From Planctomycetales bacterium (GTDB lineage: Bacteria > 4484-113 > JAFGCY01): 32,000 bases of DNA. Numbering within the stretch: the first letter of the stretch is position 1; every line of letters starts with the position of its first letter. A model generated the notes under the pieces. It worked only from the letters and a program-made list of their open reading frames with translations. It was not told the DNA's origin and made no database searches. The position numbers and the translations under genes are program-made. Location: contig CP060262.1 of the NCBI GenBank assembly GCA_022646745.1, positions 3,780,001 to 3,812,000 of the forward strand. Direction: 5' to 3'. Positions 1 through 9,128 of the stretch are shown here, piece by piece.

Positions 1-3000
1 CCTGCTGGCTGGCAGCGGCGTGAGTTTCGGGATGTATGTCGGCAAGACGCCAGAGCATGAGCGCGAAGTAAGCGGCAAGCGCATGAAGGCGGGCAGCACC
101 CGCGCGGACTACCTTGCTGCACTGGAGGAAGCCAGGAAGAAGGGCAAGGGCGACACGGTGCATCCGGTTGAGGAAATCTGCAGCCGAGAGATGATGCGCA
201 CGCCCGGCAGCCAGCCGCGCATCCTGCTGACGAACGTGAAGCAGCTGGAACTGCTGCTGACTCGGCAGAAGGACATCGAGCTGTTTGACAATGCCCGGCT
301 GGATTTCCTCGTATTCGACGAGGCACATACCTTCACCGGGATTAACGGCGCGGAGACGGCCTGCCTGATCCGCCGCCTGATGAAGTACTGCGACGGGGTG
401 ACAGCGCACACGACCTGCATTGCCACTTCCGCAACCATCGTGGACAAGAAGAACCCCCATGCCGCAGAGCACTTTGCTGAGCGATTCTTCGGTGTACCGG
501 CAAGTGAGGTTGCCTGCATCCATGAGGACTATGAGGCGGATGCCTGGCAGGATGAGCGCCGCAAGCCGGCGCAGCCGCAGGCGAACCTGTCCGAGCTTCT
601 GAAGCGGACACTGACAGCAGTAGACCATGCTGATGCGGACACTGAAGTGCGCGAGGTGTACCGGCAGCTGACTGGCTGGGAACTGGCCGCAGGGGATTGG
701 AGCGAGGCACTGTTTGATGCGCTTACAGCGAACGAACTTGCTTACCAGATTCGCCAGGCGATAGACAGGCCTCGTGCCCTGGAGAGCCTGCTGAACGAAC
801 TCTCCGCCCGTGCTGGACACGATGTCTGCGAAGAGGAGCTGCTGATATACCTGGCCCTGGGAGCAGCAGCCTTCAAGGTTGACAGGCCCGTGTTCAGGCC
901 GGTGGTGCATGCATTCATTCGAGGAGTGCCCGGCGCGGTTGTCAGCTTCCCTCCCGGCAGTGATGAGCCAAAGCTATATCTGAGCAGCGAAGACCAGATA
1001 AAGGAATTCGAGGGCCAGGGCAATATCTGGCGGCCACCGGTGTACGCCTGCACAACCTGCGGCCAGCATTACATGGTGAGCTGGCTGAAGGACTTCCAGT
1101 TCATCGGAGCAAGGCCGGATGGCGGCCAGCTGACTGAAGGTGGAAGCGGCTACTGGGAAGCCCAGACGGAAGAAACGGGTGGGCAGCGCGTTGTGCTCCT
1201 GGATCGCGTGATCGGCATGGATGATGACGAAGAACTCGGCGAGCATAAGCGCATGCACGAGCTTCACTTCTGCCGGCATTGCGGGTCAGCCTATGAAACA
1301 GAATCAGGCAGTTGCCAGGCCTGCTCGGCGACAGGCAGCAGGGTGAAACTGTATGCGCTGCTCAGCTCCAGGGACAACCCCGGCTACCTGAACTACTGCG
1401 TATCCTGCGGTTCCAAGGGTCGGCCCCAGACGGGCCGCTACCGTGAACCGATCCGCCCTGTGCGCGCGGTCAATGTCTCAGACGTGCATGTGCTGGCGCA
1501 GGATATGGTGCAGAACGCCCAGCGCAAGCGCCTGCTGCTGTTTGCTGACAACCGCCAGGATGCAGCATTCCAGAACGGCTGGATGAAGGACCATGCACGG
1601 CGCTTCCGCCTGCGCGGACTGATGAGCGAGGAACTGAAGAAGGGCGCAATCTCGGTCGGTGACATGGAGTCACGGCTGAATGACCTGCTGGCAGCTGACG
1701 AGGTGCTGTCGCGGGCACTGATACCGGAAGTCTGGCGGGCAGAACCCAGTGCAGGTGCAGCACATGACAACCAGAGGCGCTACTTCCTGCGCATCCAGGT
1801 GCTGCGTGAACTGACAATGGCAGCCAACCAGCAGATCGGCCTCGAACCATGGGGCCGGATGCGGGTGGACTACATCGGCCTGGACAGCAGCGGGCAGTTC
1901 TTCCAGAAGTGGGCCAACAAGCTTGGAATCCCTCCGGAGGACCTGCAGGGTGGCGTCGCAGCGGTGCTGGACCAGCGCCGCCGGCAGAGAATCCTGCACG
2001 ACCCGCACAAGGAGATATTCGGACGCTGGTTCCAGGACGGAGACATGGAGATCCAGCGCGGTTACATGCCTTCGCTGAACCGCGCTCCGCAGGGCATGCG
2101 ACTGATGCCGGAATCGAATGACAACAAGGCAAATGTTTCAGCCTGGTACAGCACGCACAACAACCTGATGAAGCAGATTGTGCATGCCTGGGGCGTGGAA
2201 GCTGCCGAGACGGACGAATTCCTGAAAGAACTGTGGGAGTACCTGACTGATGAAAGAATCGGGCTGCTGGTGCCGGTGCAGCTCAAGAGTGCCAAAGGGA
2301 AACCCCTGCCGAACTGCACCGGCGTGTACCAGATCAACAGCGAGAAACTGCGCATGGTTCCGAATACTGGTTTCCAGCGATGCAATCGCTGCCGGAGAAA
2401 GGTTGCCAGACGTACCCCACACAATCGCTGCATGGCATGGCAATGTCAAGGAACCATGAGTTACATTCAGGAGAACAAGGACGACTACAACGTTCAGCTA
2501 TTGGAAGAAAACTACAGCATGTTAATCCCAGCGGAGCATACGGCGATGGTGCCGCATGCGGAGCGGGAACGCATAGAGAATCAGTTCAAGGGTGACAGGG
2601 ACATCATCAACTGCCTGGTCTGCACGCCAACGCTGGAGCTGGGAGTTGACATCGGTGCGCTGGATGCAGTGCTGCTGCGAAATGTGCCACCGCTGCCTGC
2701 AAATTACTGGCAGCGGGCAGGCCGCGCCGGCCGCCGGCACCGCATGGCAGTCACGCTGACGTACTGCCGACCGACATCTCACGACAGGGCGTACTACAAT
2801 GACCCGCAGAAGATGCTGACGGGTCCAATTGATCCACCTTCATTCAACCTACGCAACCCCGTGATGGTGTCCAAGCATGTGCATGCCATCATGCTCACCC
2901 GCCTGTTCCAGCTGGCTCGCGAAGGCAGCGGATTGAGCGAAGCGGAGCGCACTGAGATATCAGATACCCTGCGCCAAATGCTGCCAAATACGGTGACGCC

Positions 3001-4930
3001 ATACCTGTTCAGGGACAACCTGGTGTTGAAGGAACCGTTTGACCTCACATTGCTGGAGTCTCTCGTTCGCAAGCACAGGGCAGACCTGCTGGAATACGTG
3101 ATTTCCACATTCCGGCAAAGCTGGCCACAAGATGATGCGCATGTGATCGAAGATGAAAAGCTGGGTACATACCTCGATACTGCCATTCAGCAACTTGATG
3201 AGGTTGTGAAACGGCTGCGCAAGCGGCTCAGTTGGGCGCATTCGGAGGTGCTGCGGTTGAACAAGATCCAGGAAACCCATGGTGCCCTGGAGTACGAAGA
3301 CAAGGCACACAGTGACAGGTGCGAGCGATACATCAGGCGTATGAAGGGCCAGGGGCAGCGCAGATCAGACGCTGAAGGGTTTGACGACATCAATACTTAC
3401 GGCGTGCTTGCTGCCGAGGGCTTCCTGCCAGGCTATGGACTGGAAAGTGGTTCGGTGGTTGGAATGGCGGAGTTGCCGTTCTATACAGGTGCGCGCGACT
3501 TCGCGCTGCCCAGACCGCCCAGCATAGCACTAAGGGAATATGTGCCCGGCAACCTGATTTATGCCAACGGACATAAGTTTGTTGCCAGGCGTTTCCAGCG
3601 CGGTGGCGACGAGGAGCAAAGCGAGATGCCCGTGTTCGAGGTGAACACAGAGAACCAGGCGATCCAGGAAACCCAGGCAGGGGCAGCTGTGGCCGCACTT
3701 GGAGCCAAGGTGATGCGTGCGATCAGTGTCTGCGACGTGGACCTGAAGCACAGCTCACAGATCAGTGACGAGGAAGAGACGCGCTTCCAGATGCCGGTGG
3801 CGGTCTATGGCCGGGAACTCGGCAGGCACAATGGCGGCATTAACTACAACTGGGGCAACAGGCAGCTGACGATCCGCGAAGGCGTACACCTGCGAATGGT
3901 GAACGTCGGCAGCTCTCTCAAACTGCCGGACGTTCTGGGATATCCAATCTGCACGGTCTGCGGGCAGAGCGTATCACCGCTTTCCAGTGAGAAGGAACAT
4001 GAGAGTTTCAGGGAGCGGCACAACCAGTATTGCGGCAAGCCTCCGGAGAATGTCGGCTTCTTCGCGGACATCGTGGCGGACTGCCTGGCACTGCCGGACT
4101 GCCTGGACAGGTCGCAGGCTTACAGCCTGTTGGAAGCGCTGCGCATGGGAGCGACGCAGGAGCTGGATATGCACCTTGAGGACCTGCAGCTGCTGGTGGT
4201 TGGACATGTTGACAAGGATGAAGTGGATGCTTTGTTGTGGGACCCGATGCCCGGCGGTTCAGGCCTGCTGCAGCAGATCCGTGACAACTTCGCGCGCGTG
4301 GTTGAAGCGGCAAAGGGGATCGTGCGCGGCTGCCCATCGGCCTGCGACACGTCCTGCATTGACTGCCTCCAGACCTTCCGCAACGGCTTCTACCACCAGC
4401 ACCTGGACCGGCACAAGGCACTCGAACTGCTGGAGCAGCTTGGCGACCGGCTGGAAGAAGTCAATGCCATGCCAGCCCAGCATCCCAAGGCGGCAGCCAG
4501 CGGGGAAGAAGGCATGCCGGTCAATGAGGCAGAGTCCAAGCTGAAGTTCATGCTGGAAAAGGCCGGCTTCTCAGACGGGCAGTACCAGGAGCAGATCCGC
4601 TTCCGGCATACGCTGAACTTCGGGCACGGCATCGGCAGCACAACCCCGGATGTGTTCTTCGAGGGCGACCCGGACCTGGACGAAAAGGGAATCTGCATTT
4701 ACTTGGACGGGATGAGCAAGCACATCCATGGCAATGCGCGGACGCAGGCCCAGGATGCGGCGATCCGTGGCTACCTGCGCAATGAGGGCTACGAGGTGAT
4801 CCAGATCACATATACCGAGCTGCATGAGAAGGAAGCCATGACGCGGCACATGAAGAAGCTCGGGAAGTACCTAGGGGCTGACAAATCCAAGCTCAAGCAG
4901 CTGTCAGCGGACCAGAGCTGGATGGGGTAA
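1..4930 (+). CDS. Giant SF2 DEAH-box helicase fused to a DUF1998 (MrfA-type Zn-binding) region and a C-terminal Vsr/DUF559-like endonuclease-fold module. It is 5'-truncated by the window edge and looks like Druantia DruE.
   Basis: The reading frame is open from nt 2 with no upstream stop. The GTG at 20 is therefore an ORF-caller start, and the N-terminus with Walker A lies off-window. SF2 motifs are visible: II LVFDEAHTF (~308-334), III TSATI, VI QRAGRAGRR (~2711-2737). There is a Cys-rich insert, CTTCGQ / CRHCGS..CQAC / CVSCGS (~1040-1420). A DUF1998-type stretch reads FLPGYGLESG..VPGNLIYANGHKF..CTVCGQ..CPSACDTSCIDCL (~3400-4400). The C-terminus reads PDVFF..ICIYLDG..H..GYEVIQI, resembling DUF559/Vsr-type folds. 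Stop TAA at 4928-4930. Confidence 0.85.
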   Translation, partial: LLAGSGVSFGMYVGKTPEHEREVSGKRMKAGSTRADYLAALEEARKKGKGDTVHPVEEICSREMMRTPGSQPRILLTNVKQLELLLTRQKDIELFDNARLDFLVFDEAHTFTGINGAETACLIRRLMKYCDGVTAHTTCIATSATIVDKKNPHAAEHFAERFFGVPASEVACIHEDYEADAWQDERRKPAQPQANLSELLKRTLTAVDHADADTEVREVYRQLTGWELAAGDWSEALFDALTANELAYQIRQAIDRPRALESLLNELSARAGHDVCEEELLIYLALGAAAFKVDRPVFRPVVHAFIRGVPGAVVSFPPGSDEPKLYLSSEDQIKEFEGQGNIWRPPVYACTTCGQHYMVSWLKDFQFIGARPDGGQLTEGGSGYWEAQTEETGGQRVVLLDRVIGMDDDEELGEHKRMHELHFCRHCGSAYETESGSCQACSATGSRVKLYALLSSRDNPGYLNYCVSCGSKGRPQTGRYREPIRPVRAVNVSDVHVLAQDMVQNAQRKRLLLFADNRQDAAFQNGWMKDHARRFRLRGLMSEELKKGAISVGDMESRLNDLLAADEVLSRALIPEVWRAEPSAGAAHDNQRRYFLRIQVLRELTMAANQQIGLEPWGRMRVDYIGLDSSGQFFQKWANKLGIPPEDLQGGVAAVLDQRRRQRILHDPHKEIFGRWFQDGDMEIQRGYMPSLNRAPQGMRLMPESNDNKANVSAWYSTHNNLMKQIVHAWGVEAAETDEFLKELWEYLTDERIGLLVPVQLKSAKGKPLPNCTGVYQINSEKLRMVPNTGFQRCNRCRRKVARRTPHNRCMAWQCQGTMSYIQENKDDYNVQLLEENYSMLIPAEHTAMVPHAERERIENQFKGDRDIINCLVCTPTLELGVDIGALDAVLLRNVPPLPANYWQRAGRAGRRHRMAVTLTYCRPTSHDRAYYNDPQKMLTGPIDPPSFNLRNPVMVSKHVHAIMLTRLFQLAREGSGLSEAERTEISDTLRQMLPNTVTPYLFRDNLVLKEPFDLTLLESLVRKHRADLLEYVISTFRQSWPQDDAHVIEDEKLGTYLDTAIQQLDEVVKRLRKRLSWAHSEVLRLNKIQETHGALEYEDKAHSDRCERYIRRMKGQGQRRSDAEGFDDINTYGVLAAEGFLPGYGLESGSVVGMAELPFYTGARDFALPRPPSIALREYVPGNLIYANGHKFVARRFQRGGDEEQSEMPVFEVNTENQAIQETQAGAAVAALGAKVMRAISVCDVDLKHSSQISDEEETRFQMPVAVYGRELGRHNGGINYNWGNRQLTIREGVHLRMVNVGSSLKLPDVLGYPICTVCGQSVSPLSSEKEHESFRERHNQYCGKPPENVGFFADIVADCLALPDCLDRSQAYSLLEALRMGATQELDMHLEDLQLLVVGHVDKDEVDALLWDPMPGGSGLLQQIRDNFARVVEAAKGIVRGCPSACDTSCIDCLQTFRNGFYHQHLDRHKALELLEQLGDRLEEVNAMPAQHPKAAASGEEGMPVNEAESKLKFMLEKAGFSDGQYQEQIRFRHTLNFGHGIGSTTPDVFFEGDPDLDEKGICIYLDGMSKHIHGNARTQAQDAAIRGYLRNEGYEVIQITYTELHEKEAMTRHMKKLGKYLGADKSKLKQLSADQSWMG

Positions 4931-5039
4931 GACAAATACCTGTAGACTCTGATGCCTTTTTATATGGATGAGTTCCCAATGAGTTGGGATCAGTCCGAAC
5001 AAGAATATCGTATTAGATCTGGCCGTCTTCTTCCTCCTT

Positions 5040-5393
5040 TCACTCGTCGCCAAAACCGGACGTCCCTGCGCGCTCAAGCACGTCCAGCAGATACTCAACT
5101 CTGCGCCATTTGTTGTCCTGCAGCCAGATCAGGTACTGCCTCAGCACCCTCAGAGTTCGTTGCACTGTGCGCGGTGCCAGCCTTTCTCCCCGTCTGCCCA
5201 GCAGCAGGGCATCGCTCTGCAGGAAGCGCTCGATCTGGTGCGGCATGATTTCCTTCACCTGCCGATACTTTTTGAGGAATTCCGCCGCCTTCATCAGGTC
5301 GATCCTGTACTGCATTACCGTATTGTTCTTGTAACCCCGCTCATGCAGGCTCTCCAGATAGGCTTCAACCGTGCTGATAATCAAAGACTTCAT
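5040..5393 (-). CDS. Stand-alone phage-integrase SAM-like (core-binding) domain protein with no catalytic domain; possibly a truncated tyrosine recombinase.
   Basis: The ATG at 5393 is preceded by GGAGGA with 4-nt spacing, and the longer track ORF start at 5459 has no such signal. VEAYLESLHERGYKNNTVMQYRIDLMKAAEFL..IERFL resembles the N-terminal core-binding domain of tyrosine recombinases. The ORF ends after 117 aa without an R-H-R-Y catalytic domain. Confidence 0.55.
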   Translation of the reverse strand: MKSLIISTVEAYLESLHERGYKNNTVMQYRIDLMKAAEFLKKYRQVKEIMPHQIERFLQSDALLLGRRGERLAPRTVQRTLRVLRQYLIWLQDNKWRRVEYLLDVLERAGTSGFGDE

Positions 5394-5479
5394 GTTGTCC
5401 TCCTCTCGACGTCCAGCGCCGATTGGCTGACAACATAACTCGATTCCACAGATTAGCAAGCACGCCCGTGAATACCAGT

Positions 5480-6040
5480 TCAGTCACGGTAGCGCCTGAC
5501 CCTGGGCCTGCCATCGAGCTGTTCCTGGGACACGATCTCCTTGCTCCAGAATTCTGGTGTGTAGACTTCCGGCAGCTTGGGCTTCAGGAGCTCAGCACTG
5601 ACGCTGTGCGCCCCCCAACCTCCCCAACCCATCCTGCCACCCAGCGCGGCATCAATCAGCAGCAGCGGGGCTGGATCACTCGCCTCAACAAGCATCACCC
5701 TGCTGCGTCGCAGTGGCGGACCAGCCTGCAGGAATCCGAAGATCAACTGGGGATGAGTGAGGTTGGCAGGATCAACCTTGGCCATCAACTCATCGAAGAC
5801 CTGCTCAGGCGACTTGCATCTATCCAGAGGATGCCCAAGAGTGGAATACTCTGGGTGGTAGAAGCAATATAAGGCCTGCTGCTTCACGAACTCATTCTTC
5901 TGTATCTGATACCAGATACCCGCAGGTCCCTTAGGCAGACTTGCACCTTCCGGAACGTCAATGTCCCACCACTCCAGTAGAAGTCGGACCTGCTTGATGC
6001 TGGACCTGGCATAGTCCCTGCTGTTTCTGACAAACTCCAT
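5480..6040 (-). CDS. Hypothetical protein (186 aa) in the recombinase operon.
   Basis: The ATG at 6040 is preceded by GGGAGGAG. It is co-directional with the recombinase module and has ordinary amino-acid composition, unlike the overlapping plus-strand ORF 5423..5872. I recognised no family. Confidence 0.6.
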   Translation of the reverse strand: MEFVRNSRDYARSSIKQVRLLLEWWDIDVPEGASLPKGPAGIWYQIQKNEFVKQQALYCFYHPEYSTLGHPLDRCKSPEQVFDELMAKVDPANLTHPQLIFGFLQAGPPLRRSRVMLVEASDPAPLLLIDAALGGRMGWGGWGAHSVSAELLKPKLPEVYTPEFWSKEIVSQEQLDGRPRVRRYRD

Positions 6041-6072
6041 GTACTCCTCCCGAGAAATTTTCTAAATTGTCT

Positions 6073-6615
6073 TCAGTCGTCACTGAACAAGGTCATGGTC
6101 CTAGAGGCCTGCGAAGCTGTTGGCCTGGGTTTCGCTCCCCTACTTGAAGTCGCTGCGGTCGCAACAATGGGTTGAAGATTTCCCGCCGGTTTGCCGTCCT
6201 CCGCATCCGCCGCAGTGGTGTTGTCAATCCCGCAATTGTTTCCTGTCTCCCTCGGCGCAAAGCCATACTTCCTGCGCTGCTCATCCCAGTTAAGCGGCAA
6301 TCCCTTCTGCAGCTTTGCCAAGCTGGTGCCGGAAGGTTCCCGCCCGTGGATGATCTGCTCAACAATATACGGGTCCAGCAAGGTGAGATTGAGAATACGG
6401 GACAAATAGGAGAAATCCACATTAAGATGCTTGGCAAGGGCGTTCATGTTTTCAAACTCGCCGGCATCCAGCTTCTCCTGCCATGCAAAAGCAAGGGCGA
6501 GGCTGACCAGCAACGGCTTCTGGGCACGCCAGTCCGCCTTGAAATCTTCCTTGGCAACTTTGATTTCGCGCTTGCCGCCGCGCTTCTTCATTTCGAATGG
6601 AACACGTATCAACAT
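6073..6615 (-). CDS. Recombinase-associated helix-turn-helix accessory protein.
   Basis: It starts 3 nt after the recombinase stop. RGGKREI..LALAFAWQEKLDAGEFENMNALAKHLNVDFSYLSRILNLTLLDPYIVEQIIHGREP..LPLNWDEQR matches, from memory, small HTH proteins routinely encoded just downstream of large serine recombinases. Confidence 0.7.
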   Translation of the reverse strand: MLIRVPFEMKKRGGKREIKVAKEDFKADWRAQKPLLVSLALAFAWQEKLDAGEFENMNALAKHLNVDFSYLSRILNLTLLDPYIVEQIIHGREPSGTSLAKLQKGLPLNWDEQRRKYGFAPRETGNNCGIDNTTAADAEDGKPAGNLQPIVATAATSSRGAKPRPTASQASRTMTLFSDD

Positions 6616-6618
6616 CCC

Positions 6619-8148
6619 CTACTCCACCGAGATGATCTCGGTACCAGCCTTTCGGATCTCCCGCACCAAGGAAGCAAGCCCATCATCCAGTAGCTCAATC
6701 AGGACCTCCCCCTTGGACACCGTAACCGACTTCACCAGAAGTTTGGCAATCCGTTCCTGCTCACGTGGGAACAGGTTCTCCCAGATCCGGTCGAAAACCT
6801 GTAACTCATTGGCAACTTCGCCTTTGGTGATGGGAGCCAGTTCAATGCGGTTAAATTGAGCCTTAACTTCGTTAAGCTCAATCTCCAGCTGCTTCTCACG
6901 ACCGGATTTCCGGTCACCCTCGCCGGCCTTCAATGACCGAATCTGAGCCTCCAGCTGGGTCTTGCGGTGTTTGAGCACTTCCAGCATTTTGTCCCGCTCT
7001 GAATTCAGCTGCCTTAGTATGGTCAAGTAGATCTCGTCGGTCCTCAGCGCAACTCTGATCTGTTCGACGACGAGTGCTTCCAGCTGCTTTGCCGGCACTG
7101 ATGGATTAGGGCAGAAGCGGTAACCTCTGCTTCGTGCCGTACGGCAGACATATTCGTAGTACGCCCGCTCACGAGGTCCTGCGTACTTTGGGGACATGGG
7201 TTCGTTGCAGGCCTCACAGAATACTATGTGCTTCAGCAGAGCCTGTATCTCGCTGCGCTCGCGGCTCTGCTTAATGTGCCTGTTTTGATTCAGCATGCTC
7301 TGGACCTTCTCGAAAAGCTCCTTACTGACAATCGGCTCATGCAGTCCAGTAAACACTTCACCCGTCCGGTGGTACTCCTCCTCCCCAATGTATGTACGAT
7401 TGGCGAGTAGCCGCGAGATGTATGACAAGGTGAAGGGACCAGGATCATGATATGTACCATCACGCATTAACCATGTCTTTCGAGTCTTACCTTCGGCGTT
7501 AAGCTCGCGAAACAGTTCTCCTTTTTTGGGGTTATCCGCGAAGCGCTGGAAGATCTCCTTTACCAGCTTCGCTTCATCATTGTTGACTTCGTACTGCTTG
7601 GTGACCGGGTGAATGTCGTATCCAAGAATTGGCCGGCCTCCAGTACGAATTCTGCGCTGTCGCATGGAATATGCCTTGTCACGCTGGCGTTCGCATGTTT
7701 GATCTAGTTCGAACTCGGCAAATGAAAGTAGTACATTAATCATCAATCGGCCTGCCGCCGTAGACCCATCCAAGTCCTGTGTGACTGAGACTAGGTCAAC
7801 TTGGTTTGCTTCGAGCAAAGGATACACTCTTTGAAACTCAGCCATCCTGCGAGCAAAGCGGTCCAGCTTATATACGAGTAAGACGTCAAACTTGTGATCT
7901 TGAACATCCTGAAGCAGTTGCTTGAATTGAGGTCGGTTGTCACTTTTTGCGGAAACACCGGCCTCGCGGTATTCATGCACAAATTGCCAATTGCTCTCCT
8001 GCTTCTTGTCAATCGCCTTCAAGCACCGAGAGAGCTGGTTATCCAACGACGTAAACTCAGTCTTAAGCCCTTCTTCACTACTGACCCGTGTGTAAACGGC
8101 ACACCGTTTTTTGTCGTTGGAATCTGGTTTCTTCGAAAACATACTCAT
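6619..8148 (-). CDS. Large serine recombinase (resolvase/invertase N-domain + recombinase domain + Zn-ribbon + coiled coil).
   Basis: The N-terminal KRCAVYTRVSSEEGL carries the catalytic-serine signature. DRFARR and resolvase-type core motifs are present. The Zn-ribbon reads CEACNEPMSPKY..YEYVCRTARSRGYRFC. The C-terminus is a long charged helical region. Total length is 509 aa. Confidence 0.92.
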   Translation of the reverse strand: MSMFSKKPDSNDKKRCAVYTRVSSEEGLKTEFTSLDNQLSRCLKAIDKKQESNWQFVHEYREAGVSAKSDNRPQFKQLLQDVQDHKFDVLLVYKLDRFARRMAEFQRVYPLLEANQVDLVSVTQDLDGSTAAGRLMINVLLSFAEFELDQTCERQRDKAYSMRQRRIRTGGRPILGYDIHPVTKQYEVNNDEAKLVKEIFQRFADNPKKGELFRELNAEGKTRKTWLMRDGTYHDPGPFTLSYISRLLANRTYIGEEEYHRTGEVFTGLHEPIVSKELFEKVQSMLNQNRHIKQSRERSEIQALLKHIVFCEACNEPMSPKYAGPRERAYYEYVCRTARSRGYRFCPNPSVPAKQLEALVVEQIRVALRTDEIYLTILRQLNSERDKMLEVLKHRKTQLEAQIRSLKAGEGDRKSGREKQLEIELNEVKAQFNRIELAPITKGEVANELQVFDRIWENLFPREQERIAKLLVKSVTVSKGEVLIELLDDGLASLVREIRKAGTEIISVE

Positions 8149-8157
8149 CGCAATCCC

Positions 8158-8613
8158 CTAGGTGGGAATCCCCCACCATTTCCTTCCATTCTTCCTATTT
8201 CCTGCAATGACGGATGCTGCTGCTGAAGGAGACAGGTACTTTTTCCCGTTGACATCCACCCCCCGGTCAAGGATTGTCAGCGTGTATTCCTGCCCTTTAT
8301 GGACCCTCTTGTATTTGGTCCCCGCCGGCGGCAACCACCGCTTTTGTTGTTCAGGCTTTCCCTTCTGAAGAAAGGTGAAGCCGTCAAGCGGATCAACTCT
8401 TTGTTCTTCCAGCGCGCGGTGTAATTGCCCCCTGAGAACCTCGGAAACAGCACCATGCATGAGTTCCTGAACTCGGTAGCTCAGGCGACGAATGAGATGG
8501 CTGCGGGAGTACGCTGGTGGCTCTGTTCCCATCAGTTCAACCCAACGGATCTTCAGATCTTCTGTTGAAGATTTTTCCAGTTCCGCCAACGCAACCAGCA
8601 CCTTGTCATTCAT
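8158..8613 (-). CDS. DUF2924 domain protein, the canonical upstream partner of large serine recombinases.
   Basis: LKIRWVELMGTEPPAYSRSHLIRRLSYRVQE..GTKYKRVHKGQEYTLTILDRGVDVNGKKYLSPSAAASVIAGNRKNGRKWWG fits the DUF2924 pattern as I recall it. The ATG at 8613 is preceded by GGAGGA. The track start at 8661 is less likely. Confidence 0.8.
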   Translation of the reverse strand: MNDKVLVALAELEKSSTEDLKIRWVELMGTEPPAYSRSHLIRRLSYRVQELMHGAVSEVLRGQLHRALEEQRVDPLDGFTFLQKGKPEQQKRWLPPAGTKYKRVHKGQEYTLTILDRGVDVNGKKYLSPSAAASVIAGNRKNGRKWWGIPT

Positions 8614-8881
8614 GACATCCTCCGACATTATTGCCATGCAATGAACGCTCGCGGTCGCCAATCAAGTCAAGTGCTTCGGTCGGAGAATTCTGCGAATCTG
8701 CGTAATCGGAGGCGGTGTTATTCAGTCCTTCGGATCTGAGGCGAACCAGAGCACGAGAGAGAAGCTGCCCGATTTCGATGACACGATCCGAGGAAGTCAT
8801 TACTCCAGGTGGAACCTGGCTAACACTGCCAACCCCGAGATCGTCTGGGGAATCCGTTTTACCCGTAGAGTTCTTTCGCAC
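8606..8881 (-). CDS. Possible small hypothetical protein upstream of the DUF2924 gene.
   Basis: It is the only ORF in the 8614-9128 gap, is co-directional, and overlaps the DUF2924 start by 8 nt. It has a GTG start with no clear SD and no recognisable family. Confidence 0.25.
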   Translation of the reverse strand: MRKNSTGKTDSPDDLGVGSVSQVPPGVMTSSDRVIEIGQLLSRALVRLRSEGLNNTASDYADSQNSPTEALDLIGDRERSLHGNNVGGCHE

Positions 8882-9128
8882 CCGAAAGTAAACCGGCAGC
8901 TGCGGGAGCAGGAGATAAAATTACACTCGATGAGCAACTGGCACGGATTCCATCCGTGCTCGCTAACAGATAGAGGAGCTTGGCGCATCATTAGTGGAGC
9001 GAATGCAGTTGACGATGTGAGTGCCAAGAGTCTGGCGCACACACGTTCTTGGGCCAATGCCCTTAACGCTTCTTGTTCTGGAGATCGAGTCGTTGATTTC
9101 CAGTTGTTGAGGATGGTGGCGACCAGCG

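Larger units (their letters stand above)
5040..8613 (-). mobile_element. Large-serine-recombinase integration/excision module (DUF2924, LSR, HTH accessory, plus two small ORFs).
   Basis: The gene content and tight spacing are typical of LSR cassettes at the edge of integrative elements. The att sites are not identified. Confidence 0.5.

Noticed and set aside
109-4849. Numerous 60-220-aa ORFs on both strands inside the giant helicase gene, for example 1470..2132 (-), 3987..4544 (+) and 4008..4421 (-).
   Set aside because: They are Arg/Pro/Ala/Ser-rich shadow ORFs typical of alternative frames in GC-rich coding DNA. All are fully nested in a long ORF with clear helicase/DUF1998 motifs.
4931-5039. 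A possible terminator or att site in the convergent gap after the helicase stop (gcctttttata), and short similarities to 26585-26931 (ctgtag..tctg, atatgg).
   Set aside because: No stable GC stem precedes the T-run. The shared words are 6 nt or shorter and consistent with chance. LSR att sites would not produce long direct repeats in any case.
5423-5872. A plus-strand 149-aa ORF opposite the 5480..6040 gene, and similar antisense ORFs 6172..6693 (+) and 6431..6859 (+).
   Set aside because: They have no ribosome-binding site and low-complexity composition. The minus-strand partners have strong SDs and fit the co-directional recombinase operon.
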